DNA of 64,000 nucleotides, taken from contig JBIIEL010000004.1 of assembly GCA_044237845.1 (NCBI GenBank), positions 8,812 through 72,811 on the forward strand. The letters run 5' to 3'. The notes under the pieces are model-generated. The model saw nothing but the letters and a program-made list of their open reading frames with translations. It was not told the DNA's origin and ran no database searches. The DNA comes from Rickettsiales bacterium (GTDB taxonomy: Bacteria; Pseudomonadota; Alphaproteobacteria; Rickettsiales; UBA3002). Both the position numbers and the translations under genes were made by a program. Below are positions 18,083 to 27,113 of the stretch, piece after piece (the first letter of the stretch is position 1; each line of letters opens with the position of its first letter).

Positions 18083-19003
18083 ATGGTGAATTCGTTGGGT
18101 TCGTTTGTGCGTGCAGTTGGCCGCGTTCTGCTCTGCTGGGTTTTGCCTATACTCATACTAGCGGCAACGTGCGGCATGTTCTATGAAGAACTAGAATTCT
18201 CGAAATCAGCCAATAGAGCTGTTGGTAAAGTCGTCGCACTTGAGCATGTTGGGCTTTGGACGTTCCCGATTGTAGAATACCGTGCAAATGATCGGGTTCA
18301 TAGATTCAGAGGTAGCGGGAAAAAGGTATCTTTTTTCTCTGGGCCTGAGGTCGACGAAACGGTGGAGGTATTGTATAGCTCTGCTGAGGATGCGCGTATT
18401 AACAGCGCTGTCGATCGATTCTCTCACATAGTTGTCTTGGGATTTATCTCTATATTGTGGCTAGCGGCGAGTTTTTATCACAAGCAATCAACGAGAAGAA
18501 TAAGGCGATGGCAGGAAAAAGCCATCAGCGTGCAGGCCAGGATTATAACAATCAAAGAGCTGACAGTAGAGGAGCAAAAAGAATGGAGCATAACGCTGGA
18601 GGTGCAAGACCCTAATACGCAAGAAATTATAGAGTTCGCCGATGAGATTGTTTATACCCCGATACCACAATCCTGTAAGGGCAAGAGGGTGAATGTATTG
18701 ATGGATCAAGATGCCATGTGGTTAAGTGAGCTAGAGGAATCTCTGAGTGGGCTGTGGCGAGAGAATGCTATCACCGTGCAGGCCAAGATCACGGAAGTGT
18801 CACGTGAAAATTTTAAAGACGAAGATCAAACGGTATTTTGGCTTGTCTACGCGGAATGGAAAGATCCAACCACTGGAGTAGTATTAGAGTTTTCCAGCGA
18901 TATTTTGGAAACAGAACCCAATGGCGTCGCCACTGGAGATACTATTAATGTGTTGGTAAGTAAGGATGACCCTGAGACATATGAAATGGATTCCGTGTCT
19001 TAA
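18083..19003 (+). CDS. DUF3592-like membrane protein with internally duplicated beta-rich domains
   Basis: TM helix, 'AVGKVVALEH...FPIVEYRANDRVHRFRG...VEVLYSSAEDARIN', a second TM helix, then two further similar segments (ISVQARIITI... and ITVQAKITEV...). The stretch is AT-rich. Confidence 0.6.
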   Translation: MVNSLGSFVRAVGRVLLCWVLPILILAATCGMFYEELEFSKSANRAVGKVVALEHVGLWTFPIVEYRANDRVHRFRGSGKKVSFFSGPEVDETVEVLYSSAEDARINSAVDRFSHIVVLGFISILWLAASFYHKQSTRRIRRWQEKAISVQARIITIKELTVEEQKEWSITLEVQDPNTQEIIEFADEIVYTPIPQSCKGKRVNVLMDQDAMWLSELEESLSGLWRENAITVQAKITEVSRENFKDEDQTVFWLVYAEWKDPTTGVVLEFSSDILETEPNGVATGDTINVLVSKDDPETYEMDSVS

Positions 19004-19036
19004 AGCGGTTTTGTAGGCTTAATTTAAGAGTTTTGT

Positions 19037-19987
19037 GTGATATTCGCTCTAAACCAATGGCTGAAGCATGGCGCGCGCCGCCCCGGTGAAACGGTGGTGA
19101 TGGCGCTGATGTGGCTGGCTGCCGCCGTGGCGGTGGTGATTACGGGTGCGATTATCTATTCGGTGGTGAGTGAATCGCTGCGGTTTTTTGCCCATGTGCC
19201 GTTTTTTGATTTCCTGTTCGGCGTGAACTGGAGCCCGCAAACCGCGATGCGCGCCGATCAGGCGGGCGCATCCGGCAGCTTCGGCGCGATCCCGCTGCTC
19301 GCGGGAACGCTGATGATTACCGTGATTGCGCTGCTCGTCGCTGTGCCCGTGGGGCTGATGAGTGCGGTGTATCTTGCGGAGTATGCCAGTGCGCGGTTTC
19401 GTAAATTCGCGAAGCCCGTGCTGGAGCTGCTCGCAGGCATCCCCACCGTGGTCTATGGCTATTTCGCGGTGATTACCGTTGCGCCGTTTATGAATAAAAT
19501 CGGCGAGTTTTTAGGCATTTCCATCGCGTCCGAAAGCGCACTGACGGCGGGCATCGTGATGGGGATCATGATTATCCCGTTCGTGTCGTCCCTCAGCGAC
19601 GATATGATTACCGCCGTGCCGCGCGGGTTGCGTGATGCGTCCTACGGCCTCGGCGCGACGAAATCGGAAACCATTAAGCGTGTGGTGCTGCGCTCGGCAC
19701 TGCCCGGCATCATGGGCGCGGTGCTTCTCGCCATCAGCCGCGCGGTGGGCGAAACGATGATTGTGGTGATGGCGGCGGGCCTCTCCGCCAACCTCACCGC
19801 CAACCCGCTTGAGGCGGTGACGACCGTGACGGTGCAGATGGTGACGCTGCTGACGGGCGACCAGGAATTCAACAGCCCCAAAACGCTGGCCGCATTTGCG
19901 CTCGGCCTCACCTTGTTTTGTTTCACGCTGCTGCTGAATATCCTCGCGCAGGTGATCGTGAAGAAATATCGGGAGCAGTATGAATAA
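19037..19987 (+). CDS. pstC: Phosphate ABC transporter permease PstC
   Basis: 316 aa, 6 TM helices, EAA-type loop 'LRDASYGLGATKSETIKRVVLRSALPGI'. GTG start. Confidence 0.9.
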   Translation: MIFALNQWLKHGARRPGETVVMALMWLAAAVAVVITGAIIYSVVSESLRFFAHVPFFDFLFGVNWSPQTAMRADQAGASGSFGAIPLLAGTLMITVIALLVAVPVGLMSAVYLAEYASARFRKFAKPVLELLAGIPTVVYGYFAVITVAPFMNKIGEFLGISIASESALTAGIVMGIMIIPFVSSLSDDMITAVPRGLRDASYGLGATKSETIKRVVLRSALPGIMGAVLLAISRAVGETMIVVMAAGLSANLTANPLEAVTTVTVQMVTLLTGDQEFNSPKTLAAFALGLTLFCFTLLLNILAQVIVKKYREQYE

Positions 19988-21236
19988 GGCGGCACAGCAT
20001 CTGGCGAAACGGCATCGGGCGGAGCGACGCTTCAAGGCGCTGGGGCTGGCGGCGCTGGGCTTTGCGGGGGTGATGCTGCTGGTGCTGATGCTGTCGATCA
20101 TCCGCCCCGGGATTAGCGGGTTCACGCAGCATAGCCTGCGGGTGACGGTGGATACGGCTGGCATTTCGGCGCAGCTTGCGCGTGACCCGGCGGCGGTCGA
20201 TTATTACGCGCTGACGAATGCGGCGCTGCTCAAAAGCGTGGGCGCGGAACATGCGGATGCGGCGGCGCGGCACCAGCTCCTCGCGCTCGGTGGCACGTTT
20301 GGGGCGTTCGCAGTAAAAGAAGAAATTCTCGCCCACCCCGCGCAATGGGGCAAGGTGATGGAAGTGACCCTGCCACTCGCCAGCAATGCGGATTTGTTGC
20401 TGAAGGGCAGCATCGACCGCGATGCGCCGATGGCCGAGCGGCCGATCTCTGACCAGCAGATCATCTGGCTCGACCGCTGGGAGAGCGAAGGGCGGATCAC
20501 CTCGCGCTTCAATAGCGAATTCTTCACTCGTGGCGATTCCCGCGCGCCGGAGGCGGCCGGGTTCGGCGGCAGCATTGTCGGTTCGCTGCTGACGCTTCTC
20601 GTGTGCATGCTGCTCGCGCTGCCGGTGGCGATTGCCGCGGCGATTACGCTCGAGGAATTCGCGCGCAAAACGAAGTTCGCCGAGTGGCTGGAGATTCTCA
20701 TCAACAACCTCGCGGCGGTGCCGTCGATTATCTATGGATTACTCGGACTTTCTGTATTCCTGCAGGTACTGCAAGTACCGCGCGGGTCGGCGCTGGCGGG
20801 CGGCCTCACGCTTGCGATGCTGATTCTGCCGGTGATGATTATTGCGGCGCGTGCGGCGATTCGCGCGGTGCCACCGAGCATGCGTCAGGCCGCGACAGCG
20901 CTTGGGGCGACGAAACTGCAAGTGGTGCGCGACCATGTGCTGCCCTATGCCCTGCCGGGGATTATGACGGGGACGATTCTCTCCATCGCCCGCGCGCTGG
21001 GTGAAACCGCGCCGCTGCTGATGATCGGCATGGTGGCCTTCGTGGCGGATGTGCCGCGCGGATTCACCGACCCGGCCACCGCGATGCCGGTGGAGGTTTA
21101 CTTGTGGGCGAGCAGCCCGGAGGCCGGGTTTATCGAGAAGACTTCGGCCGGGATTATGGTGCTGCTGGTGCTGCTCTTGCTTCTTAACATGGCAGCGATT
21201 ATGGTGCGCGCGCGTTCACAGAAATTGTGGAGTTAA
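19980..21236 (+). CDS. pstA: Phosphate ABC transporter permease PstA
   Basis: 418 aa, '[31 protein letters not shown]'. It overlaps the end of pstC by 8 nt. Confidence 0.9.
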   Translation: MNKAAQHLAKRHRAERRFKALGLAALGFAGVMLLVLMLSIIRPGISGFTQHSLRVTVDTAGISAQLARDPAAVDYYALTNAALLKSVGAEHADAAARHQLLALGGTFGAFAVKEEILAHPAQWGKVMEVTLPLASNADLLLKGSIDRDAPMAERPISDQQIIWLDRWESEGRITSRFNSEFFTRGDSRAPEAAGFGGSIVGSLLTLLVCMLLALPVAIAAAITLEEFARKTKFAEWLEILINNLAAVPSIIYGLLGLSVFLQVLQVPRGSALAGGLTLAMLILPVMIIAARAAIRAVPPSMRQAATALGATKLQVVRDHVLPYALPGIMTGTILSIARALGETAPLLMIGMVAFVADVPRGFTDPATAMPVEVYLWASSPEAGFIEKTSAGIMVLLVLLLLLNMAAIMVRARSQKLWS

Positions 21237-21237
21237 G

Positions 21238-22011
21238 GTGACGGACACTCAACCAACGGGCACTATCGACGCACGCGATGTCAGCGTGTTCTACGGCGAA
21301 AAGCGGGCGCTGCATGGCGTGTCGCTCGCCATTGCGCCGCGCAGCGTGACGGCGTTTATCGGCCCCTCCGGCTGCGGGAAATCGACGTTCCTGCGCTGCC
21401 TCAACCGCATGAACGACCTCATCCCCGGCTGCCGGGTGACGGGCGAAATTCTGCTCGACGGCAAAGACATCAACGCCCCCGCGCTCGATGTGGTGGCGCT
21501 GCGGGCGCGGGTGGGCATGGTGTTCCAGAAGCCGAACCCGTTCCCGAAATCGATTTACGAAAATGTCGCCTATGGTGCGCGCATCAACGGGCTGGCAAAA
21601 AGCAAGGCGGAGCTTGATGAAATTGTCCAAAAATCGCTCGAGGGCGCAGCCCTCTGGGACGAGGTGAAAGATCGTTTAAGCCAGCCGGGCACCGGCCTTT
21701 CCGGCGGGCAGCAGCAGCGGCTTTGCATCGCGCGTACGATGGCGGTCAGCCCGGAAGTGATTCTGATGGATGAGCCATGCTCCGCGCTCGACCCCATTGC
21801 GACGGGGCGGGTGGAAGACCTCATCGAGCAGCTGCGCGCGCGCTATACGATTGTGATCGTCACGCACTCCATGGCGCAGGCGCGTCGCGTGGCGCAAACC
21901 ACCGCGTTTTTCCATATGGGCAACGTGGTGGAAACGGGCACCACCGACCAGATGTTCGAAGCCCCGCAGCAGACGCAGACGCGGGATTATATCAGCGGGC
22001 GATATGGGTGA
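21238..22011 (+). CDS. pstB: Phosphate ABC transporter ATP-binding protein PstB
   Basis: Walker A 'GPSGCGKST', signature 'LSGGQQQR', Walker B 'ILMDEP'. The start is set at GTG 21238, 2 nt after the pstA stop. The longer track ORF (from 21049) overlaps pstA. Confidence 0.9.
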   Translation: MTDTQPTGTIDARDVSVFYGEKRALHGVSLAIAPRSVTAFIGPSGCGKSTFLRCLNRMNDLIPGCRVTGEILLDGKDINAPALDVVALRARVGMVFQKPNPFPKSIYENVAYGARINGLAKSKAELDEIVQKSLEGAALWDEVKDRLSQPGTGLSGGQQQRLCIARTMAVSPEVILMDEPCSALDPIATGRVEDLIEQLRARYTIVIVTHSMAQARRVAQTTAFFHMGNVVETGTTDQMFEAPQQTQTRDYISGRYG

Positions 22012-22016
22012 TTCTC

Positions 22017-22059
22017 TCGCTTCAAAGTCCCTCGCTGCGCTCGGTGTACTTTGAAGCGG
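22017..22059. repeat. Hairpin between the convergent pstB and gamma-CA genes (cgcttcaaagt / actttgaagcg)
   Basis: 11-bp perfect inverted repeat. The loop 'ccctcgctgcgctcggtgt' resembles the core motifs of the ~120-nt palindromic family. Confidence 0.5.
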
Positions 22060-22108
22060 TAATCATGAAGTCGCGTGCTCGGGGCGGCCCTCCGCGCGCG
22101 ATAGTTAT

Positions 22109-22636
22109 TTAGTGAGAAGGTTTATACTCCATCGCCAGTTCGACATAATGGCGGGCGGAGATGGGGATATAGGCGGCTTCTTCGGGGCTGACGGGGCGGA
22201 GCAGTTTGGCGGGGTTGCCTGCCCAGAGCTCGCCGGATTTGACCTGCTTGCGCGGGGTGATGAGCGCGCCCGCAGCGACAAATGCGCCGGATTCGACCAC
22301 CGCAAAATCCATCACCTTCGCGCCCATACCGACGAAGCAATCATCGGCGAGCGTGCAGGCATGCAGCAGCGCCTGATGGCCAATGGTGATGCCCGAGCCG
22401 ATGGTCGTCGGCCCCACCTCGCGCGTGACATGCACGACCGAGCCGTCTTGAATGTTGGTGCGCTCGCCAATGCGGATGGGCGCGACATCGCCGCGGATGA
22501 CGCAGCCGAACCAGACATTGGTGAACGCGCCGATATGCACGTCGCCGATCACCACCGCGCCCGGCGCAATCCACGCATCGCGGTGAATGGTGGGCATGAT
22601 GCCGTTATAGGGGAGGATGAGGGGGGCGTGGGTCAT
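22109..22636 (-). CDS. Gamma carbonic anhydrase family / hexapeptide-repeat protein
   Basis: Left-handed beta-helix hexapeptide repeats (VIGDVHIG, VWFGCVIRGD, IRIGERTNIQDGSVVH). Confidence 0.85.
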   Translation of the reverse strand: MTHAPLILPYNGIMPTIHRDAWIAPGAVVIGDVHIGAFTNVWFGCVIRGDVAPIRIGERTNIQDGSVVHVTREVGPTTIGSGITIGHQALLHACTLADDCFVGMGAKVMDFAVVESGAFVAAGALITPRKQVKSGELWAGNPAKLLRPVSPEEAAYIPISARHYVELAMEYKPSH

Positions 22637-23673
22637 GGGAATACCGCTGTGAGTGCGAGGTTGGTGGTTTCCGGCAAGCCGAACATGAGGTTGGCGTTTT
22701 GCAGCGCCTGACCGCTCGCGCCTTTCACCAGATTGTCGATGACGGACACAAGAATGAGTTCACCCGGCAGGCGCCCCTTGTGTACGGACATCACGCAGTG
22801 ATTGGTGCCGCGGACGTGGTGGGTGCTGGGGGCGCCGTTTTCAAGCACGGTGACGAAGGCTTCGCCTTGATAACGTTTTTGTAGTGCGCTGCGTGCGTCT
22901 TCCACCGTTTTGCCGGGGGCGAGGGTGGTATGGATCGTCGCCAGCATGCCGCGCGTCATGGGGATGAGATGCGGCGTGAAGGAGAGGGTGACAGGGTGTT
23001 TCGCCGCCGCGGCAAGCTGCTGCTCCATCTCGGCCATGTGGCGGTGATGGCCGATGCCGTAGGCGGAGACGCCGCCATCCAGCTCGGTGAACAGCAGCTC
23101 CTGCTTCGCGCTGCGCCCCGCGCCGCTGATGCCGGAGAGCGCGTTGACCACCGTGCCGGTGGGGGCAATGATATTCTCTTCGACCAGCGGTATTAAGGGA
23201 AGCAATGTGCAGGTCGGGTAGCAGCCCGGGTTCGCCACAAGGCGTGCCGCCTTGAGCGCATTTCTATCGAGTTCGGTGATGCCGTAGACGGCTTCTTTCT
23301 GGAGCGCGGGCGCGCGGTGTGCGTGGCCGTACCACTCTTCATAGGCGGCGACATTATGCAGGCGGAAATCGGCGGAGAGATCGACGATGCGCACATGCTG
23401 GGGCAGGCCGGCGATGATCTCTTGCGTGGTGCCATGCGGCAGGCAGCAGAAGACGAGGGCGACGCGCGTGAAATCCACCTCGGTATGTTTCACCAGCGCC
23501 GGAAGATTGCGCCCACGCAGATGGGGGTAGACCTGTTCGATGGGCTTGCCGGCTTGGCTATCGCCCGTCAGCGCGACGATCTCGAACACGGGGTGGCCGT
23601 GGAGCAGGCGCAGCAGCTCCGCGCCGGTATAGCCAGATGCGCCGAGGATGGCGGTCTTGATGGTTTTTGTCAT
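22633..23673 (-). CDS. argC: N-acetyl-gamma-glutamyl-phosphate reductase
   Basis: 'ILGASGYTGAELLRLL' Rossmann N-terminus and active-site 'ANPGCYPT'. Confidence 0.95.
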   Translation of the reverse strand: MTKTIKTAILGASGYTGAELLRLLHGHPVFEIVALTGDSQAGKPIEQVYPHLRGRNLPALVKHTEVDFTRVALVFCCLPHGTTQEIIAGLPQHVRIVDLSADFRLHNVAAYEEWYGHAHRAPALQKEAVYGITELDRNALKAARLVANPGCYPTCTLLPLIPLVEENIIAPTGTVVNALSGISGAGRSAKQELLFTELDGGVSAYGIGHHRHMAEMEQQLAAAAKHPVTLSFTPHLIPMTRGMLATIHTTLAPGKTVEDARSALQKRYQGEAFVTVLENGAPSTHHVRGTNHCVMSVHKGRLPGELILVSVIDNLVKGASGQALQNANLMFGLPETTNLALTAVFP

Positions 23674-23683
23674 ACACCCTCAC

Positions 23684-23720
23684 AAAGAAAAACCCCGGAA
23701 TCGCGTTTGCCATTCCGGGG
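23684..23720 (-). terminator. Rho-independent terminator after rpsI
   Basis: On the minus strand a 9-bp stem ccccggaat/attccgggg with a 10-nt loop is followed by TTTTTCTTTG. Confidence 0.75.
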
Positions 23721-23747
23721 TTGGTATGCTTTCCGAAAAGGAAACGA

Positions 23748-24191
23748 TTAACGTTTCGAGAATTGGAACGAACGGCGGGCTTTCGCCTTACCGTATTTCT
23801 TACGCTCGACCACACGGCTGTCGCGGGTCATGAAGCCGCTCTTACGCAGCGTTGGGCGGAAGGAAGGATCGTAGGCATCCAGCGCGCGGCTGATGCCATG
23901 ACGCACGGCACCGGCTTGGCCGGACAGACCGCCGCCAGTGACGGTGACGGTGACGTCAAATTTGTTCTCGCTCGCCAGCACAACGAAGGGCTGGTTGATG
24001 ATCATGCGCAGCACGGGACGCGCGAAGTATGTCTCGAGCGAACGACCGTTGACGGTGATTTTGCCGCTGCCACGCTTTACCCATACGCGGGCAGTAGCGT
24101 CTTTACGACGACCTGTGCCATACGCGCGACCGAGCTTGTCGATCTTCGGGGTGCGGGCTTCTTGGATTTCGATTTCTGCTGCCGTTGCCAT
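23748..24191 (-). CDS. rpsI: 30S ribosomal protein S9
   Basis: '[14 protein letters not shown]' and the C-terminal '[18 protein letters not shown]'. Confidence 0.95.
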   Translation of the reverse strand: MATAAEIEIQEARTPKIDKLGRAYGTGRRKDATARVWVKRGSGKITVNGRSLETYFARPVLRMIINQPFVVLASENKFDVTVTVTGGGLSGQAGAVRHGISRALDAYDPSFRPTLRKSGFMTRDSRVVERKKYGKAKARRSFQFSKR

Positions 24192-24203
24192 GTTGTTACC
24201 TTA

Positions 24204-24665
24204 TTAGCGTGCGTTTTTTTCGTTGAAGGAAGCAAAGTCCACCAGCTTCGGCGACTGTGCGCTATGCGGGTGCTCGCTGCCGTTATAAACATGCAGATTC
24301 TTGAACTGTTTGCGTGCCAGCGGGCTGTCTTTTGGCAGCATGCGCTCGATCGCTTTCAGCATCACGCGCTCAGGGTGTTCACCCGAAAGGATATGCTCTG
24401 CCGAACGTTCCTTAATACCGCCCGCGTACCCGGTGTGGTAGTAATAGACTTTCTTGCCGCGCTTACGGCCGGTCAGCTTCACTTTGTCCGCATTGATGAT
24501 GACGACATTGTCGCCACAATCCATGTTCGGGGTGTAGCTTGGCTTCGTTTTGCCGCGCAGGACTTTCGCGACATAGCTAGCGAGACGGCCCAGAATAACG
24601 CCCTCGGCGTTGATCATAACCCATTCTTTTTTAATATCTTTCGGCGTTGCCGAGAACGTTTTCAT
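24204..24665 (-). CDS. rplM: 50S ribosomal protein L13
   Basis: '[27 protein letters not shown]' and '[12 protein letters not shown]'. Confidence 0.95.
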   Translation of the reverse strand: MKTFSATPKDIKKEWVMINAEGVILGRLASYVAKVLRGKTKPSYTPNMDCGDNVVIINADKVKLTGRKRGKKVYYYHTGYAGGIKERSAEHILSGEHPERVMLKAIERMLPKDSPLARKQFKNLHVYNGSEHPHSAQSPKLVDFASFNEKNAR

Positions 24666-24757
24666 GACGTGCTCTTTTTATTGGAGTTTCTTCGATAAGG
24701 GTGGGCTTTCTAGTCGGCACGGCGCCTAGTGTCAACAAGGAAATGTAGTCATTTGCC

Positions 24758-24876
24758 TTAAGCATTTTCCATGGCTGCAAATGGGAAGCTCCTGCGCTTC
24801 CGCTGCGCATGTACTTTATGTACACTTGCGCAGCGGTTCTCGGATCGCCCCATTTGCAGCCATGGAAAATGCTTAA
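24758..24876. repeat. ~120-nt palindromic intergenic element with 28-bp perfect terminal inverted repeats
   Basis: 'ttaagcattttccatggctgcaaatggg' (24758-24785) is the exact reverse complement of 24849-24876. The 63-nt core is itself an imperfect hairpin (ccgctgcgcatgtac...gtacacttgcgcagcgg). Confidence 0.8.
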
Positions 24877-24893
24877 ATCAAACGACTACTCAC

Positions 24894-25667
24894 TCATCGG
24901 CCAAACGGGTCGCGTAGTTGGCTGGCAAGGTCGTCTGCAATCGGTGGGGCAACGCCGATGGGGTCCGGTGACTCGGCATGGGGGAAATAATAGGTGCCAA
25001 ACAGCCGATCATAGAACGCAAATGTGGGGGCAAAGTTCTTGTTCTGCCCCTCCGGCCGCCGCGTATGATGCCAGCGGTGAAACGATGGGCTGGAGACAAT
25101 GCCACGCAATGGCCCCAGTGCACAACGCAGGTTGGCATGGAGAAAGCCAGAGTAAAATAAAATGAAGGGGCCGGTATACAGCCCAATCTCGGGCGAGAAA
25201 CCGAGAAACATCATCGCAATAGCGACAGGCGTGTAATAGAGTATAAAGTCAACCGGGTGGAAGCGCGCGTAGCTCAGCCAGTCCAGTTCTTCGGAAGAAT
25301 GGTGAATACGGTGGAAGCGCCAAAGGTGGCGGCTATGCATCATGCGGTGCAGCCAGTAGCCCATAAAATCCGCAACGAGTAGCGCGAGCGGCACCTGTAT
25401 ATAGAGTGGTAAGGTCGCAAGGAAGCCTGGCTTGCTTAACGTGGCGCTGACAACGGCGATGGAAGTCATCAGCGCAAGCAACCCTGCCACCACCAGCGGA
25501 AACAACAGCGGATAGGTGAAATAATAGAGCATATCTGCCACCCAGCCGCGGCGGATGAGCCGTTGGCTTGGCACGACAGGTGCCAGCCGCGCGAGCAGCG
25601 CAAACAGGATGAACAGTCCAACAAACCACAGGCTGCGCGAGGTGATGAGGTCAAGAAGTGGATTCAT
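24894..25667 (-). CDS. Fatty acid hydroxylase / sterol desaturase superfamily membrane enzyme
   Basis: Three His boxes: 'HRMMH', 'HRIHH' and 'FHRWHH'. Multiple TM helices. It starts 9 nt downstream of the GT2 gene. Confidence 0.8.
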   Translation of the reverse strand: MNPLLDLITSRSLWFVGLFILFALLARLAPVVPSQRLIRRGWVADMLYYFTYPLLFPLVVAGLLALMTSIAVVSATLSKPGFLATLPLYIQVPLALLVADFMGYWLHRMMHSRHLWRFHRIHHSSEELDWLSYARFHPVDFILYYTPVAIAMMFLGFSPEIGLYTGPFILFYSGFLHANLRCALGPLRGIVSSPSFHRWHHTRRPEGQNKNFAPTFAFYDRLFGTYYFPHAESPDPIGVAPPIADDLASQLRDPFGR

Positions 25668-25676
25668 AACATACTC

Positions 25677-27113
25677 CTAGCTTGGTGTGCTGATGGCAGT
25701 GCGCACCATGTGGCCCCACCCCTTTTTCTTACGCAGGAACTCCCACCAGCCGATGACGCGCCAGAGATTGTTGACCTGGCGGTAGCCAAAATTCTCGACG
25801 ACTGAGATCAATGCGAGAATGGCAAGGTCGCGCGGGCTTGGGGCGCGGCGCAACTCCAGTTCTTCGAGAATGAGCGTATAGATGCTGATCGACACGCCAA
25901 ACATAAAAAACAGCGCTATATAGGCAAGCATCAACGGCGTGTTGAGCATGCCATACCACCAGAAAAGTGGGATCAGCAGATAGCCGAACGCCTCGGTGAG
26001 AGGCCCTAGTACATCCGTGATAAAGCTGTAGGGAATACCCATCATACCAATTTTGCCGTAGCGTGGACGGAACATCATTCCTCGGTAGCGGAAGAATACC
26101 TCAAGTGCACCACGTTGCCACCGCCGCCGCTGACTGCCAAGGATATGCCAGGTTTCTGGCGCCTGCGTCCAACAGACGGACTCTGGCACATAGCACAATT
26201 TATAGGGGCGTTTTTGATCGCGCAGATAGCGATGCATCTTGAGGACCATCTCGTAATCTTCACCCACTGTGTCATCGGAAAAGCCGCCCACATCCACCCA
26301 GATATCGCGGCGGAAGACTCCAAATGCACCGGAGATAATGCTCAACATTCCCCAATGGCTCCATGCCGTACGTGCCATCAGGAATGAGCGGAGATATTCG
26401 AGCGTCTGCACCAGCGGCAGGAATTGCCTGGAAAGCGCAGCTTTAACAACCTGTCCCTGACGCACTGTGCATCCGTTGAGAATACGAATTGTGCCACCGA
26501 CAGCAACCATGTGTTTCGGGTCTTCCATAAATGGGCGCACGACGCCAAACAACGACTCCACTTCGAGTAGCGAGTCTGCATCCACCACACAAAACAGCGG
26601 TGTTCGACAATAATTGATTGCGGCATTAATCGCGTCGGCACGACCGCCATTTTCTTTGTCGACCACCAACAACTGCGGATAGAGTGCTGAACCATAAAGC
26701 CCGCGCGCGGCAGCGTGATGCACGGCCTGTTCATGTGCCCGCACCACGGGCGTCATTGAAAATGCTTCGATGAGCACCTGTAAAGTCCGATCCTTTGAAC
26801 CATCATTCGCTACAATAATGGCTACTTCAGGATAGCTTAGTGACAGCATGGAGCGAATACTCTCCACGATCGTTGTCTCTTCATTGTAGGCGGGAATCAT
26901 CACGCTGATGGGGATAGCCACATCCGACATCATCATCTGCCAGGCATAGTCGCTGTCATCGGCCTGTTTGCGCGCGCGCAGCTCTTTCCACGCGGCGGGC
27001 ACTTGCAGAAGATAGACAAGGTTCTGAATCATCCCCACGGATAAGATCGCCCAGGAAATCGCCTGAACCCAGAGTGTGTGCTCTTGCAAAAACAGGCTGA
27101 AGCTGCTGCTCAT
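25677..27113 (-). CDS. Processive family-2 glycosyltransferase (PgaC/NodC/cellulose-synthase-like polysaccharide synthase)
   Basis: 'IPAYNEE', 'ANDGSKD', 'VVDADS', 'TVGEDYE' and 'QRRRWQRG' (Q-x-x-R-W) motifs. TM helices occur at both the N- and C-termini. Confidence 0.85.
   Translation of the reverse strand: MSSSFSLFLQEHTLWVQAISWAILSVGMIQNLVYLLQVPAAWKELRARKQADDSDYAWQMMMSDVAIPISVMIPAYNEETTIVESIRSMLSLSYPEVAIIVANDGSKDRTLQVLIEAFSMTPVVRAHEQAVHHAAARGLYGSALYPQLLVVDKENGGRADAINAAINYCRTPLFCVVDADSLLEVESLFGVVRPFMEDPKHMVAVGGTIRILNGCTVRQGQVVKAALSRQFLPLVQTLEYLRSFLMARTAWSHWGMLSIISGAFGVFRRDIWVDVGGFSDDTVGEDYEMVLKMHRYLRDQKRPYKLCYVPESVCWTQAPETWHILGSQRRRWQRGALEVFFRYRGMMFRPRYGKIGMMGIPYSFITDVLGPLTEAFGYLLIPLFWWYGMLNTPLMLAYIALFFMFGVSISIYTLILEELELRRAPSPRDLAILALISVVENFGYRQVNNLWRVIGWWEFLRKKKGWGHMVRTAISTPS

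Noticed and set aside
21049-21237. The long form of pstB starting at 21049
   Set aside because: It would overlap the last 188 nt of pstA and add a Cys/Trp/Arg-rich, non-ABC N-terminus. GTG 21238, 2 nt after the pstA stop, gives a normal-length PstB.
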